Source of the DNA: Flectonema sp. DT1601
Lineage: Eukaryota
Direction of reading: 5' to 3'
Length of the DNA: 64,000 nucleotides
Assembly (NCBI GenBank): GCA_964019425.1
Contig: OZ025800.1
Location: 992,001-1,056,000 of the forward strand
Notes under the pieces: generated by a model
Told to the model about the DNA's origin: nothing
Database searches by the model: none
What the model saw: only the letters and a program-made list of their open reading frames with translations
Shown here: positions 22,548-35,339 of the stretch, piece by piece
How positions within the stretch are numbered: the first letter of the stretch is position 1
Layout: every line of letters starts with the position of its first letter
Translations under genes and position numbers: made by a program

Positions 22548-24081
22548 GCCCAGTAGTGAGATCTTCTTTCGATTATTCAAAATGTTTTTTGAATTTTCTT
22601 TCGCATGCGCTTTGTTTTATTTTTTCATGCCGTTTTATATTTATTATTTTATTTCAAAAAAACAATTATTCTGTTCTGTGTGGTGGACACGATAGGATCC
22701 TTTATTAATTAACTTATTCCTATCTTTTTTTTTAAAACTCTTTTTTTTTTTTTTTTTTTGTAACCTGTAACCATCCGATATTTTGTTCTGTTCTTTTGTG
22801 AGAATGGAATGGCGTTTTTGTTGAAAACCTCATTCCTTCCTTTCTTTAGACCAATTCTTATATTTTATAATCAGTCTTAATCAGTCTTAATCACTTTAAA
22901 ATTTAAAATTTTGTATTTTTTGGAGACGTGATTTCCACAATTCAGGTAATCCTCGTCCCAAACAGGCAACCACAGCCTCACATCATTCTCCTCTCCCTTC
23001 TGTCTGTGTGTTCAATTTGTTTTGAATACGACTGACTGATTGACTCCTTCGAACTTGTAATTGACGACAACGACGACTGGGGAGCTCTCCTTCACTTCAC
23101 ACACTCAGCTGCTTGCTTTGCTTTGCTTTGCTTTGCTTTTTTTTTTGTCTTCGCTACTTACACAACAGCGATTCTAGTCATATAGATACCGCAAGGAGAA
23201 TGTTTTTTTTTTTTTGTTTTTTTTTGCAACTTTTGTTGTTACACTTTCAACAAGACTTGCTTTTCGGCATGTCTTTTGTTGTTTGTTCAGAATGTATTTT
23301 GTGTCCGTGTGGGTGGGGTGCGGGACTCAATGGAAAGCTGTGAGTTTTCAATTTGAGGGACGTGTTCCAAATAACTTACTTACTTGCTCACTTGTATTAT
23401 GGCAAAGGCTTCCTTGGCTGTATTTCTTTTTTACACAATTCTTAATACACACAACAACTCCAGCAAACAAAACACACAACACACAACACACAAACACACA
23501 AACACACATACACACTTACCAAGTCACCATGGGTACAACGACCTGTACCTGAGTGACACAATGCCGGATGGATTCCGTTGAGGGGATCGACTCCAGTATG
23601 ACACTTTTTGTATCTTTCTTTTTGATTTTAAATTTTAAATTTTAAATTTTAAATTTTAAATTTTAAATTTTGTGTTTTTTGTTTTTTTGCACTATTTCAT
23701 ACAACCCAGTTAATAACACAAATCCCTTCTTTTGGCATTTTTCAGTCCCAAACCGGCTTTTGCTGTTTTCATGCTCAACAACCTTTTGTAATAAATAATT
23801 CAGTTCCATTAATTAATGAATGATCACTTTTTTAAACATTTTTTATATTGCGTTGTCTTCATCGCGTTCTTGCCGTGTTATTATATTTTTAAACACGAAG
23901 TGAGAACAGAAGGCGTCGCCACACACTTACCCCTTTCTTATTCTTAAATCTTATTAAAGTTACTCGATCGACTTCTTGTTGGCCGCAAGCTGTTTCTTTT
24001 GCATGCTGTTGGATAGGTTTTTAAATCACTCAAGTCATTTATTCATTCATTCATCCAGCCTCCATCGCTAAAGTAAAAATC

Positions 24082-25374
24082 ATGTCAACCACAACCGTTG
24101 CCTCGAGTGCCTGCTTTGATGCAACAGTAGACGGCAAGTTGGTACAGTGGGAAGTGAAGGTAACTCCCGACCCTGAGAGGAAAACCAACTGGTGTATTTG
24201 GTTGGAAGATGAGCAGTTGGATCAGTTCCTCTGCAGTTGGCATTGGGACGGGATCATGGGAGACGACGACGATCTGGATTTCGATTCAGATTCGGATGTC
24301 GATGAGGAAGAATGGGGAGCAACAACTGAATCAGCAACAGCACCGGCGACATCAGCATCAGCTGCGGCAGCAACTGAACTGGCAACGGCAGCAACTGAAT
24401 CAGTAACAACAACAACTGTAACATCCCCAACACCAGCATCAGCAGCAACTGCAGCAACTGAATCAGTAACAACAGCAACAACCGAACCAGCTGCAACAAC
24501 ATCAGCATCAGCAGCAACTGAATCAGCAACGGCAACAACTGCAACGTCACCAGCATTCCCAGCAACTGAATCAGCTGCAGCAGTACCTGTAACAGCATCA
24601 GCATCAGCATCAGCATCAGCATCATCAGCATCAGCATCAGCAGCAGCAGCAACTGAACCAGCAACGACCTCTAAAACTATAATCGAAACAACGATCATGA
24701 GATCTTCCCCGACTATAACAACAACGACAACAACAGCAATAACAACAACAGCAACAACTACAATACCAAAATCAGCGGGGAAAGTTACTAACTCCAAGTC
24801 GAATGTTGGCAATGCAGCTTTGGTCATGCCGACGAAGACGAAGGAGCAGAGGAAGACACGGAAGCAGAAAGTGGTTGCAAAGAAAGACAAGAAGAAGGAG
24901 AATGACAAACCTAAATTTGCTTTGCAGAAGTCTTCTAAGCAGACGGGGATCGTTTCGCCTCCGAAGAAATCATTGTGCAGTCGAAAGAAGCGAACGATCT
25001 CTTCGATTCCTTCGTCTTCCAGTAGTGTTTCATTGGTTCCACAGCAGTCGAGAGTTGAAAAAGGAAAAGGAAAAGGAAAAGGAAAAGGAAAAGTAAAAGA
25101 AACAGAAACAGAAAAAGAAAAAGAAAGAGAAGATGACAAAGTTAAAGTTAAAATTGAAGTTGTGCTGCCTCGTTCATGCATCCCTTCTGCTGTCGATGAT
25201 GCAAACCTAAGTGAGATTCTGCCACCACAACATCACCACGCCGCTCGCATCCTTGCTGGGCGCAGCAAGTCGCCACACGCACTTTCACGTGCGGCAAGAG
25301 TGCTTCGGTCGGCCGACTGCAATTTCTGGGAAGCAGAGAAAATGCTGTGCAAGAGAGTGTCATTCTGCTTGTGA
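24082..25374 (+). CDS. Array orphan protein copy 4
   Basis: 430 aa; extra KG repeats and one T>A substitution. Confidence 0.75.
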   Translation: MSTTTVASSACFDATVDGKLVQWEVKVTPDPERKTNWCIWLEDEQLDQFLCSWHWDGIMGDDDDLDFDSDSDVDEEEWGATTESATAPATSASAAAATELATAATESVTTTTVTSPTPASAATAATESVTTATTEPAATTSASAATESATATTATSPAFPATESAAAVPVTASASASASASSASASAAAATEPATTSKTIIETTIMRSSPTITTTTTTAITTTATTTIPKSAGKVTNSKSNVGNAALVMPTKTKEQRKTRKQKVVAKKDKKKENDKPKFALQKSSKQTGIVSPPKKSLCSRKKRTISSIPSSSSSVSLVPQQSRVEKGKGKGKGKGKVKETETEKEKEREDDKVKVKIEVVLPRSCIPSAVDDANLSEILPPQHHHAARILAGRSKSPHALSRAARVLRSADCNFWEAEKMLCKRVSFCL

Positions 25375-26915
25375 GCCCAGTAGTGAGATCTTCTTTCGAT
25401 TATTCAAAATGTTTTTTGAATTTTCTTTCGCATGCGCTTTGTTTTATTTTTTCATGCCGTTTTATATTTATTATTTTATTTCAAAAAAACAATTATTCTG
25501 TTCTGTGTGGTGGACACGATAGGATCCTTTATTAATTAACTTATTCCTATCTTTTTTTTTAAAACTCTTTTTTTTTTTTTTTTTTTGTAACCTGTAACCA
25601 TCCGATATTTTGTTCTGTTCTTTTGTGAGAATGGAATGGCGTTTTTGTTGAAAACCTCATTCCTTCCTTTCTTTAGACCAATTCTTATATTTTATAATCA
25701 GTCTTAATCAGTCTTAATCACTTTAAAATTTAAAATTTTGTATTTTTTGGAGACGTGATTTCCACAATTCAGGTAATCCTCGTCCCAAACAGGCAACCAC
25801 AGCCTCACATCATTCTCCTCTCCCTTCTGTCTGTGTGTTCAATTTGTTTTGAATACGACTGACTGATTGACTCCTTCGAACTTGTAATTGACGACAACGA
25901 CGACTGGGGAGCTCTCCTTCACTTCACACACTCAGCTGCTTGCTTTGCTTTGCTTTGCTTTGCTTTTTTTTTTGTCTTCGCTACTTACACAACAGCGATT
26001 CTAGTCATATAGATACCGCAAGGAGAATGTTTTTTTTTTTTTGTTTTTTTTTGCAACTTTTGTTGTTACACTTTCAACAAGACTTGCTTTTCGGCATGTC
26101 TTTTGTTGTTTGTTCAGAATGTATTTTGTGTCCGTGTGGGTGGGGTGCGGGACTCAATGGAAAGCTGTGAGTTTTCAATTTGAGGGACGTGTTCCAAATA
26201 ACTTACTTACTTGCTCACTTGTATTATGGCAAAGGCTTCCTTGGCTGTATTTCTTTTTTACACAATTCTTAATACACACAACAACTCCAGCAAACAAAAC
26301 ACACAACACACAACACACAACACACAAACACACAAACACACATACACACTTACCAAGTCACCATGGGTACAACGACCTGTACCTGAGTGACACAATGTCG
26401 GATGGATTCCGTTGAGGGGATCGACTCCAGTATGACACTTTTTGTATCTTTCTTTTTGATTTTAAATTTTAAATTTTAAATTTTAAATTTTTAATTTTAA
26501 ATTTTGTGTTTTTTGTTTTTTTGCACTATTTCATACAACCCAGTTAATAACACAAATCCCTTCTTTTGGCATTTTTCAGTCCCAAACCGGCTTTTGCTGT
26601 TTTCATGCTCAACAACCTTTTGTAATAAATAATTCAGTTCCATTAATTAATGAATGATCACTTTTTTAAACATTTTTTATATTGCGTTGTCTTCATCGCG
26701 TTCTTGCCGTGTTATTATATTTTTAAACACGAAGTGAGAACAGAAGGCGTCGCCACACACTTACCCCTTTCTTATTCTTAAATCTTATTAAAGTTACTCG
26801 ATCGACTTCTTGTTGGCCGCAAGCTGTTTCTTTTGCATGCTGTTGGATAGGTTTTTAAATCACTCAAGTCATTTATTCATTCATTCATCCAGCCTCCATC
26901 GCTAAAGTAAAAATC

Positions 26916-28196
26916 ATGTCAACCACAACCGTTGCCTCGAGTGCCTGCTTTGATGCAACAGTAGACGGCAAGTTGGTACAGTGGGAAGTGAAGGTAACTC
27001 CCGACCCTGAGAGGAAAACCAACTGGTGTATTTGGTTGGAAGATGAGCAGTTGGATCAGTTCCTCTGCAGTTGGCATTGGGACGGGATCATGGGAGACGA
27101 CGACGATCTGGATTTCGATTCAGATTCGGATGTCGATGAGGAAGAATGGGGAGCAACAACTGAATCAGCAACAGCACCGGCGACATCAGCATCAGCTGCG
27201 GCAGCAACTGAACTGGCAACGGCAGCAACTGAATCAGTAACAACAACAACTGTAACATCCCCAACACCAGCATCAGCAGCAACTGCAGCAACTGAATCAG
27301 TAACAACAGCAACAACCGAACCAGCTGCAACAACATCAGCATCAGCAGCAACTGAATCAGCAACGGCAACAACTGCAACGTCACCAGCATTCCCAGCAAC
27401 TGAATCAGCTGCAGCAGTACCTGTAACAGCATCAGCATCAGCATCAGCATCAGCATCATCAGCATCAGCATCAGCAGCAGCAGCAACTGAACCAGCAACG
27501 ACCTCTAAAACTATAATCGAAACAACGATCATGAGATCTTCCCCGACTATAACAACAACGACAACAACAACAATAACAACAACAGCAACAACTACAATAC
27601 CAAAATCAGCGGGGAAAGTTACTAACTCCAAGTCGAATGTTGGCAATGCAGCTTTGGTCATGCCGACGAAGACGAAGGAGCAGAGGAAGACACGGAAGCA
27701 GAAAGTGGTTGCAAAGAAAGACAAGAAGAAGGAGAATGACAAACCTAAATTTGCTTTGCAGAAGTCTTCTAAGCAGACGGGGATCGTTTCGCCTCCGAAG
27801 AAATCATTGTGCAGTCGAAAGAAGCGAACGATCTCTTCGATTCCTTCGTCTTCCAGTAGTGTTTCATTGGTTCCACAGCAGTCGAGAGTTGAAAAAGGAA
27901 AAGGAAAAGGAAAAGTAAAAGAAACAGAAACAGAAAAAGAAAAAGAAAGAGAAGATGACAAAGTTAAAGTTAAAATTGAAGTTGTGCTGCCTCGTTCATG
28001 CATCCCTTCTGCTGTCGATGATGCAAACCTAAGTGAGATTCTGCCACCACAACATCACCACGCCGCTCGCATCCTTGCTGGGCGCAGCAAGTCGCCACAC
28101 GCACTTTCACGTGCGGCAAGAGTGCTTCGGTCGGCCGACTGCAATTTCTGGGAAGCAGAGAAAATGCTGTGCAAGAGAGTGTCATTCTGCTTGTGA
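26916..28196 (+). CDS. Array orphan protein copy 5
   Basis: 426 aa; near-identical to copy 1. Confidence 0.75.
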   Translation: MSTTTVASSACFDATVDGKLVQWEVKVTPDPERKTNWCIWLEDEQLDQFLCSWHWDGIMGDDDDLDFDSDSDVDEEEWGATTESATAPATSASAAAATELATAATESVTTTTVTSPTPASAATAATESVTTATTEPAATTSASAATESATATTATSPAFPATESAAAVPVTASASASASASSASASAAAATEPATTSKTIIETTIMRSSPTITTTTTTTITTTATTTIPKSAGKVTNSKSNVGNAALVMPTKTKEQRKTRKQKVVAKKDKKKENDKPKFALQKSSKQTGIVSPPKKSLCSRKKRTISSIPSSSSSVSLVPQQSRVEKGKGKGKVKETETEKEKEREDDKVKVKIEVVLPRSCIPSAVDDANLSEILPPQHHHAARILAGRSKSPHALSRAARVLRSADCNFWEAEKMLCKRVSFCL

Positions 28197-29723
28197 GCCC
28201 AGTAGTGAGATCTTCTTTCGATTATTCAAAATGTTTTTTGAATTTTCTTTCGCATGCGCTTTGTTTTATTTTTTCATGCCGTTTTATATTTATTATTTTA
28301 TTTCAAAAAAACAATTATTCTGTTCTGTGTGGTGGACACGATAGGATCCTTTATTAATTAACTTATTCCTATCTTTTTTTTTAAAACTCTTTTTTTTTTT
28401 TTTTTTTTGTAACCTGTAACCATCCGATATTTTGTTCTGTTCTTTTGTGAGAATGGAATGGCGTTTTTGTTGAAAACCTCATTCCTTCCTTTCTTTAGAC
28501 CAATTCTTATATTTTATAATCAGTCTTAATCAGTCTTAATCACTTTAAAATTTAAAATTTTGTATTTTTTGGAGACGTGATTTCCACAATTCAGGTAATC
28601 CTCGTCCCAAACAGGCAACCACAGCCTCACATCATTCTCCTCTCCCTTCTGTCTGTGTGTTCAATTTGTTTTGAATACGACTGACTGATTGACTCCTTCG
28701 AACTTGTAATTGACGACAACGACGACTGGGGAGCTCTCCTTCACTTCACACACTCAGCTGCTTGCTTTGCTTTGCTTTGCTTTGCTTTTTTTTTTGTCTT
28801 CGCTACTTACACAACAGCGATTCTAGTCATATAGATACCGCAAGGAGAATGTTTTTTTTTTTTTGTTTTTTTTTGCAACTTTTGTTGTTACACTTTCAAC
28901 AAGACTTGCTTTTCGGCATGTCTTTTGTTGTTTGTTCAGAATGTATTTTGTGTCCGTGTGGGTGGGGTGCGGGACTCAATGGAAAGCTGTGAGTTTTCAA
29001 TTTGAGGGACGTGTTCCAAATAACTTACTTACTTGCTCACTTGTATTATGGCAAAGGCTTCCTTGGCTGTATTTCTTTTTTACACAATTCTTAATACACA
29101 CAACAACTCCAGCAAACAAAACACACAACACACAACACACAAACACACAAACACACATACACACTTACCAAGTCACCATGGGTACAACGACCTGTACCTG
29201 AGTGACACAATGCCGGATGGATTCCGTTGAGGGGATCGACTCCAGTATGACACTTTTTGTATCTTTCTTTTTGATTTTAAATTTTAAATTTTAAATTTTA
29301 AATTTTAAATTTTGTGTTTTTTGTTTTTTTGCACTATTTCATACAACCCAGTTAATAACACAAATCCCTTCTTTTGGCATTTTTCAGTCCCAAACCGGCT
29401 TTTGCTGTTTTCATGCTCAACAACCTTTTGTAATAAATAATTCAGTTCCATTAATTAATGAATGATCACTTTTTTAAACATTTTTTATATTGCGTTGTCT
29501 TCATCGCGTTCTTGCCGTGTTATTATATTTTTAAACACGAAGTGAGAACAGAAGGCGTCGCCACACACTTACCCCTTTCTTATTCTTAAATCTTATTAAA
29601 GTTACTCGATCGACTTCTTGTTGGCCGCAAGCTGTTTCTTTTGCATGCTGTTGGATAGGTTTTTAAATCACTCAAGTCATTTATTCATTCATTCATCCAG
29701 CCTCCATCGCTAAAGTAAAAATC

Positions 29724-31016
29724 ATGTCAACCACAACCGTTGCCTCGAGTGCCTGCTTTGATGCAACAGTAGACGGCAAGTTGGTACAGTGGGAAGTGAA
29801 GGTAACTCCCGACCCTGAGAGGAAAACCAACTGGTGTATTTGGTTGGAAGATGAGCAGTTGGATCAGTTCCTCTGCAGTTGGCATTGGGACGGGATCATG
29901 GGAGACGACGACGATCTGGATTTCGATTCAGATTCGGATGTCGATGAGGAAGAATGGGGAGCAACAACTGAATCAGCAACAGCACCGGCGACATCAGCAT
30001 CAGCTGCGGCAGCAACTGAACTGGCAACGGCAGCAACTGAATCAGTAACAACAACAACTGTAACATCCCCAACACCAGCATCAGCAGCAACTGCAGCAAC
30101 TGAATCAGTAACAACAGCAACAACCGAACCAGCTGCAACAACATCAGCATCAGCAGCAACTGAATCAGCAACGGCAACAACTGCAACGTCACCAGCATTC
30201 CCAGCAACTGAATCAGCTGCAGCAGTACCTGTAACAGCATCAGCATCAGCATCAGCATCAGCATCAGCATCATCAGCATCAGCATCAGCAGCAGCAGCAA
30301 CTGAACCAGCAACGACCTCTAAAACTATAATCGAAACAACGATCATGAGATCTTCCCCGACTATAACAACAACGACAACAACAACAATAACAACAACAGC
30401 AACAACTACAATACCAAAATCAGCGGGGAAAGTTACTAACTCCAAGTCGAATGTTGGCAATGCAGCTTTGGTCATGCCGACGAAGACGAAGGAGCAGAGG
30501 AAGACACGGAAGCAGAAAGTGGTTGCAAAGAAAGACAAGAAGAAGGAGAATGACAAACCTAAATTTGCTTTGCAGAAGTCTTCTAAGCAGACGGGGATCG
30601 TTTCGCCTCCGAAGAAATCATTGTGCAGTCGAAAGAAGCGAACGATCTCTTCGATTCCTTCGTCTTCCAGTAGTGTTTCATTGGTTCCACAGCAGTCGAG
30701 AGTTGAAAAAGGAAAAGGAAAAGGAAAAGGAAAAGTAAAAGAAACAGAAACAGAAAAAGAAAAAGAAAGAGAAGATGACAAAGTTAAAGTTAAAATTGAA
30801 GTTGTGCTGCCTCGTTCATGCATCCCTTCTGCTGTCGATGATGCAAACCTAAGTGAGATTCTGCCACCACAACATCACCACGCCGCTCGCATCCTTGCTG
30901 GGCGCAGCAAGTCGCCACACGCACTTTCACGTGCGGCAAGAGTGCTTCGGTCGGCCGACTGCAATTTCTGGGAAGCAGAGAAAATGCTGTGCAAGAGAGT
31001 GTCATTCTGCTTGTGA
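29724..31016 (+). CDS. Array orphan protein copy 6
   Basis: 430 aa; SA and KG repeat-length variant. Confidence 0.75.
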   Translation: MSTTTVASSACFDATVDGKLVQWEVKVTPDPERKTNWCIWLEDEQLDQFLCSWHWDGIMGDDDDLDFDSDSDVDEEEWGATTESATAPATSASAAAATELATAATESVTTTTVTSPTPASAATAATESVTTATTEPAATTSASAATESATATTATSPAFPATESAAAVPVTASASASASASASSASASAAAATEPATTSKTIIETTIMRSSPTITTTTTTTITTTATTTIPKSAGKVTNSKSNVGNAALVMPTKTKEQRKTRKQKVVAKKDKKKENDKPKFALQKSSKQTGIVSPPKKSLCSRKKRTISSIPSSSSSVSLVPQQSRVEKGKGKGKGKVKETETEKEKEREDDKVKVKIEVVLPRSCIPSAVDDANLSEILPPQHHHAARILAGRSKSPHALSRAARVLRSADCNFWEAEKMLCKRVSFCL

Positions 31017-32538
31017 GCCCAGTAGTGAGATCTTCTTTCGATTATTCAAAATGTTTTTTGAATTTTCTTTCGCATGCGCTTTGTTTTATTTTTTCATGCC
31101 GTTTTATATTTATTATTTTATTTCAAAAAAACAATTATTCTGTTCTGTGTGGTGGACACGATAGGATCCTTTATTAATTAACTTATTCCTATCTTTTTTT
31201 TTAAAACTCTTTTTTTTTTTTTTTTTTTTGTAACCTGTAACCATCCGATATTTTGTTCTGTTCTTTTGTGAGAATGGAATGGCGTTTTTGTTGAAAACCT
31301 CATTCCTTCCTTTCTTTAGACCAATTCTTATATTTTATAATCAGTCTTAATCAGTCTTAATCACTTTAAAATTTAAAATTTTGTATTTTTTGGAGACGTG
31401 ATTTCCACAATTCAGGTAATCCTCGTCCCAAACAGGCAACCACAGCCTCACATCATTCTCCTCTCCCTTCTGTCTGTGTGTTCAATTTGTTTTGAATACG
31501 ACTGACTGATTGACTCCTTCGAACTTGTAATTGACGACAACGACGACTGGGGAGCTCTCCTTCACTTCACACACTCAGCTGCTTGCTTTGCTTTGCTTTG
31601 CTTTGCTTTTTTTTTTGTCTTCGCTACTTACACAACAGCGATTCTAGTCATATAGATACCGCAAGGAGAATGTTTTTTTTTTTTTTGTTTTTTTTTGCAA
31701 CTTTTGTTGTTACACTTTCAACAAGACTTGCTTTTCGGCATGTCTTTTGTTGTTTGTTCAGAATGTATTTTGTGTCCGTGTGGGTGGGGTGCGGGACTCA
31801 ATGGAAAGCTGTGAGTTTTCAATTTGAGGGACGTGTTCCAAATAACTTACTTACTTGCTCACTTGTATTATGGCAAAGGCTTCCTTGGCTGTATTTCTTT
31901 TTTACACAATTCTTAATACACACAACAACTCCAGCAAACAAAACACACAACACACAACACACAACACACAAACACACAAACACACATACACACTTACCAA
32001 GTCACCATGGGTACAACGACCTGTACCTGAGTGACACAATGCCGGATGGATTCCGTTGAGGGGATCGACTCCAGTATGACACTTTTTGTATCTTTCTTTT
32101 TGATTTTAAATTTTAAATTTTAAATTTTGTGTTTTTTGTTTTTTTGCACTATTTCATACAACCCAGTTAATAACACAAATCCCTTCTTTTGGCATTTTTC
32201 AGTCCCAAACCGGCTTTTGCTGTTTTCATGCTCAACAACCTTTTGTAATAAATAATTCAGTTCCATTAATTAATGAATGATCACTTTTTTAAACATTTTT
32301 TATATTGCGTTGTCTTCATCGCGTTCTTGCCGTGTTATTATATTTTTAAACACGAAGTGAGAACAGAAGGCGTCGCCACACACTTACCCCTTTCTTATTC
32401 TTAAATCTTATTAAAGTTACTCGATCGACTTCTTGTTGGCCGCAAGCTGTTTCTTTTGCATGCTGTTGGATAGGTTTTTAAATCACTCAAGTCATTTATT
32501 CATTCATTCATCCAGCCTCCATCGCTAAAGTAAAAATC

Positions 32539-33819
32539 ATGTCAACCACAACCGTTGCCTCGAGTGCCTGCTTTGATGCAACAGTAGACGGCAAGTTGGT
32601 ACAGTGGGAAGTGAAGGTAACTCCCGACCCTGAGAGGAAAACCAACTGGTGTATTTGGTTGGAAGATGAGCAGTTGGATCAGTTCCTCTGCAGTTGGCAT
32701 TGGGACGGGATCATGGGAGACGACGACGATCTGGATTTCGATTCAGATTCGGATGTCGATGAGGAAGAATGGGGAGCAACAACTGAATCAGCAACAGCAC
32801 CGGCGACATCAGCATCAGCTGCGGCAGCAACTGAACTGGCAACGGCAGCAACTGAATCAGTAACAACAACAACTGTAACATCCCCAACACCAGCATCAGC
32901 AGCAACTGCAGCAACTGAATCAGTAACAACAGCAACAACCGAACCAGCTGCAACAACATCAGCATCAGCAGCAACTGAATCAGCAACGGCAACAACTGCA
33001 ACGTCACCAGCATTCCCAGCAACTGAATCAGCTGCAGCAGTACCTGTAACAGCATCAGCATCAGCATCAGCATCAGCATCATCAGCATCAGCATCAGCAG
33101 CAGCAGCAACTGAACCAGCAACGACCTCTAAAACTATAATCGAAACAACGATCATGAGATCTTCCCCGACTATAACAACAACGACAACAACAACAATAAC
33201 AACAACAGCAACAACTACAATACCAAAATCAGCGGGGAAAGTTACTAACTCCAAGTCGAATGTTGGCAATGCAGCTTTGGTCATGCCGACGAAGACGAAG
33301 GAGCAGAGGAAGACACGGAAGCAGAAAGTGGTTGCAAAGAAAGACAAGAAGAAGGAGAATGACAAACCTAAATTTGCTTTGCAGAAGTCTTCTAAGCAGA
33401 CGGGGATCGTTTCGCCTCCGAAGAAATCATTGTGCAGTCGAAAGAAGCGAACGATCTCTTCGATTCCTTCGTCTTCCAGTAGTGTTTCATTGGTTCCACA
33501 GCAGTCGAGAGTTGAAAAAGGAAAAGGAAAAGGAAAAGTAAAAGAAACAGAAACAGAAAAAGAAAAAGAAAGAGAAGATGACAAAGTTAAAGTTAAAATT
33601 GAAGTTGTGCTGCCTCGTTCATGCATCCCTTCTGCTGTCGATGATGCAAACCTAAGTGAGATTCTGCCACCACAACATCACCACGCCGCTCGCATCCTTG
33701 CTGGGCGCAGCAAGTCGCCACACGCACTTTCACGTGCGGCAAGAGTGCTTCGGTCGGCCGACTGCAATTTCTGGGAAGCAGAGAAAATGCTGTGCAAGAG
33801 AGTGTCATTCTGCTTGTGA
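32539..33819 (+). CDS. Array orphan protein copy 7
   Basis: 426 aa; near-identical to copy 1. Confidence 0.75.
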   Translation: MSTTTVASSACFDATVDGKLVQWEVKVTPDPERKTNWCIWLEDEQLDQFLCSWHWDGIMGDDDDLDFDSDSDVDEEEWGATTESATAPATSASAAAATELATAATESVTTTTVTSPTPASAATAATESVTTATTEPAATTSASAATESATATTATSPAFPATESAAAVPVTASASASASASSASASAAAATEPATTSKTIIETTIMRSSPTITTTTTTTITTTATTTIPKSAGKVTNSKSNVGNAALVMPTKTKEQRKTRKQKVVAKKDKKKENDKPKFALQKSSKQTGIVSPPKKSLCSRKKRTISSIPSSSSSVSLVPQQSRVEKGKGKGKVKETETEKEKEREDDKVKVKIEVVLPRSCIPSAVDDANLSEILPPQHHHAARILAGRSKSPHALSRAARVLRSADCNFWEAEKMLCKRVSFCL

Positions 33820-35339
33820 GCCCAGTAGTGAGATCTTCTTTCGATTATTCAAAATGTTTTTTGAATTTTCTTTCGCATGCGCTTTGTTTTATTTTTTCAT
33901 GCCGTTTTATATTTATTATTTTATTTCAAAAAAACAATTATTCTGTTCTGTGTGGTGGACACGATAGGATCCTTTATTAATTAACTTATTCCTATCTTTT
34001 TTTTTAAAACTCTTTTTTTTTTTTTTTTTTTGTAACCTGTAACCATCCGATATTTTGTTCTGTTCTTTTGTGAGAATGGAATGGCGTTTTTGTTGAAAAC
34101 CTCATTCCTTCCTTTCTTTAGACCAATTCTTATATTTTATAATCAGTCTTAATCAGTCTTAATCACTTTAAAATTTAAAATTTTGTATTTTTTGGAGACG
34201 TGATTTCCACAATTCAGGTAATCCTCGTCCCAAACAGGCAACCACAGCCTCACATCATTCTCCTCTCCCTTCTGTCTGTGTGTTCAATTTGTTTTGAATA
34301 CGACTGACTGATTGACTCCTTCGAACTTGTAATTGACGACAACGACGACTGGGGAGCTCTCCTTCACTTCACACACTCAGCTGCTTGCTTTGCTTTGCTT
34401 TGCTTTGCTTTTTTTTTTGTCTTCGCTACTTACACAACAGCGATTCTAGTCATATAGATACCGCAAGGAGAATGTTTTTTTTTTTTTGTTTTTTTTTGCA
34501 ACTTTTGTTGTTACACTTTCAACAAGACTTGCTTTTCGGCATGTCTTTTGTTGTTTGTTCAGAATGTATTTTGTGTCCGTGTGGGTGGGGTGCGGGACTC
34601 AATGGAAAGCTGTGAGTTTTCAATTTGAGGGACGTGTTCCAAATAACTTACTTACTTGCTCACTTGTATTATGGCAAAGGCTTCCTTGGCTGTATTTCTT
34701 TTTTACACAATTCTTAATACACACAACAACTCCAGCAAACAAAACACACAACACACAACACACAACACACAAACACACAAACACACATACACACTTACCA
34801 AGTCACCATGGGTACAACGACCTGTACCTGAGTGACACAATGCCGGATGGATTCCGTTGAGGGGATCGACTCCAGTATGACACTTTTTGTATCTTTCTTT
34901 TTGATTTTAAATTTTAAATTTTAAATTTTGTGTTTTTTGTTTTTTTGCACTATTTCATACAACCCAGTTAATAACACAAATCCCTTCTTTTGGCATTTTT
35001 CAGTCCCAAACCGGCTTTTGCTGTTTTCATGCTCAACAACCTTTTGTAATAAATAATTCAGTTCCATTAATTAATGAATGATCACTTTTTTAAACATTTT
35101 TTATATTGCGTTGTCTTCATCGCGTTCTTGCCGTGTTATTATATTTTTAAACACGAAGTGAGAACAGAAGGCGTCGCCACACACTTACCCCTTTCTTATT
35201 CTTAAATCTTATTAAAGTTACTCGATCGACTTCTTGTTGGCCGCAAGCTGTTTCTTTTGCATGCTGTTGGATAGGTTTTTAAATCACTCAAGTCATTTAT
35301 TCATTCATTCATCCAGCCTCCATCGCTAAAGTAAAAATC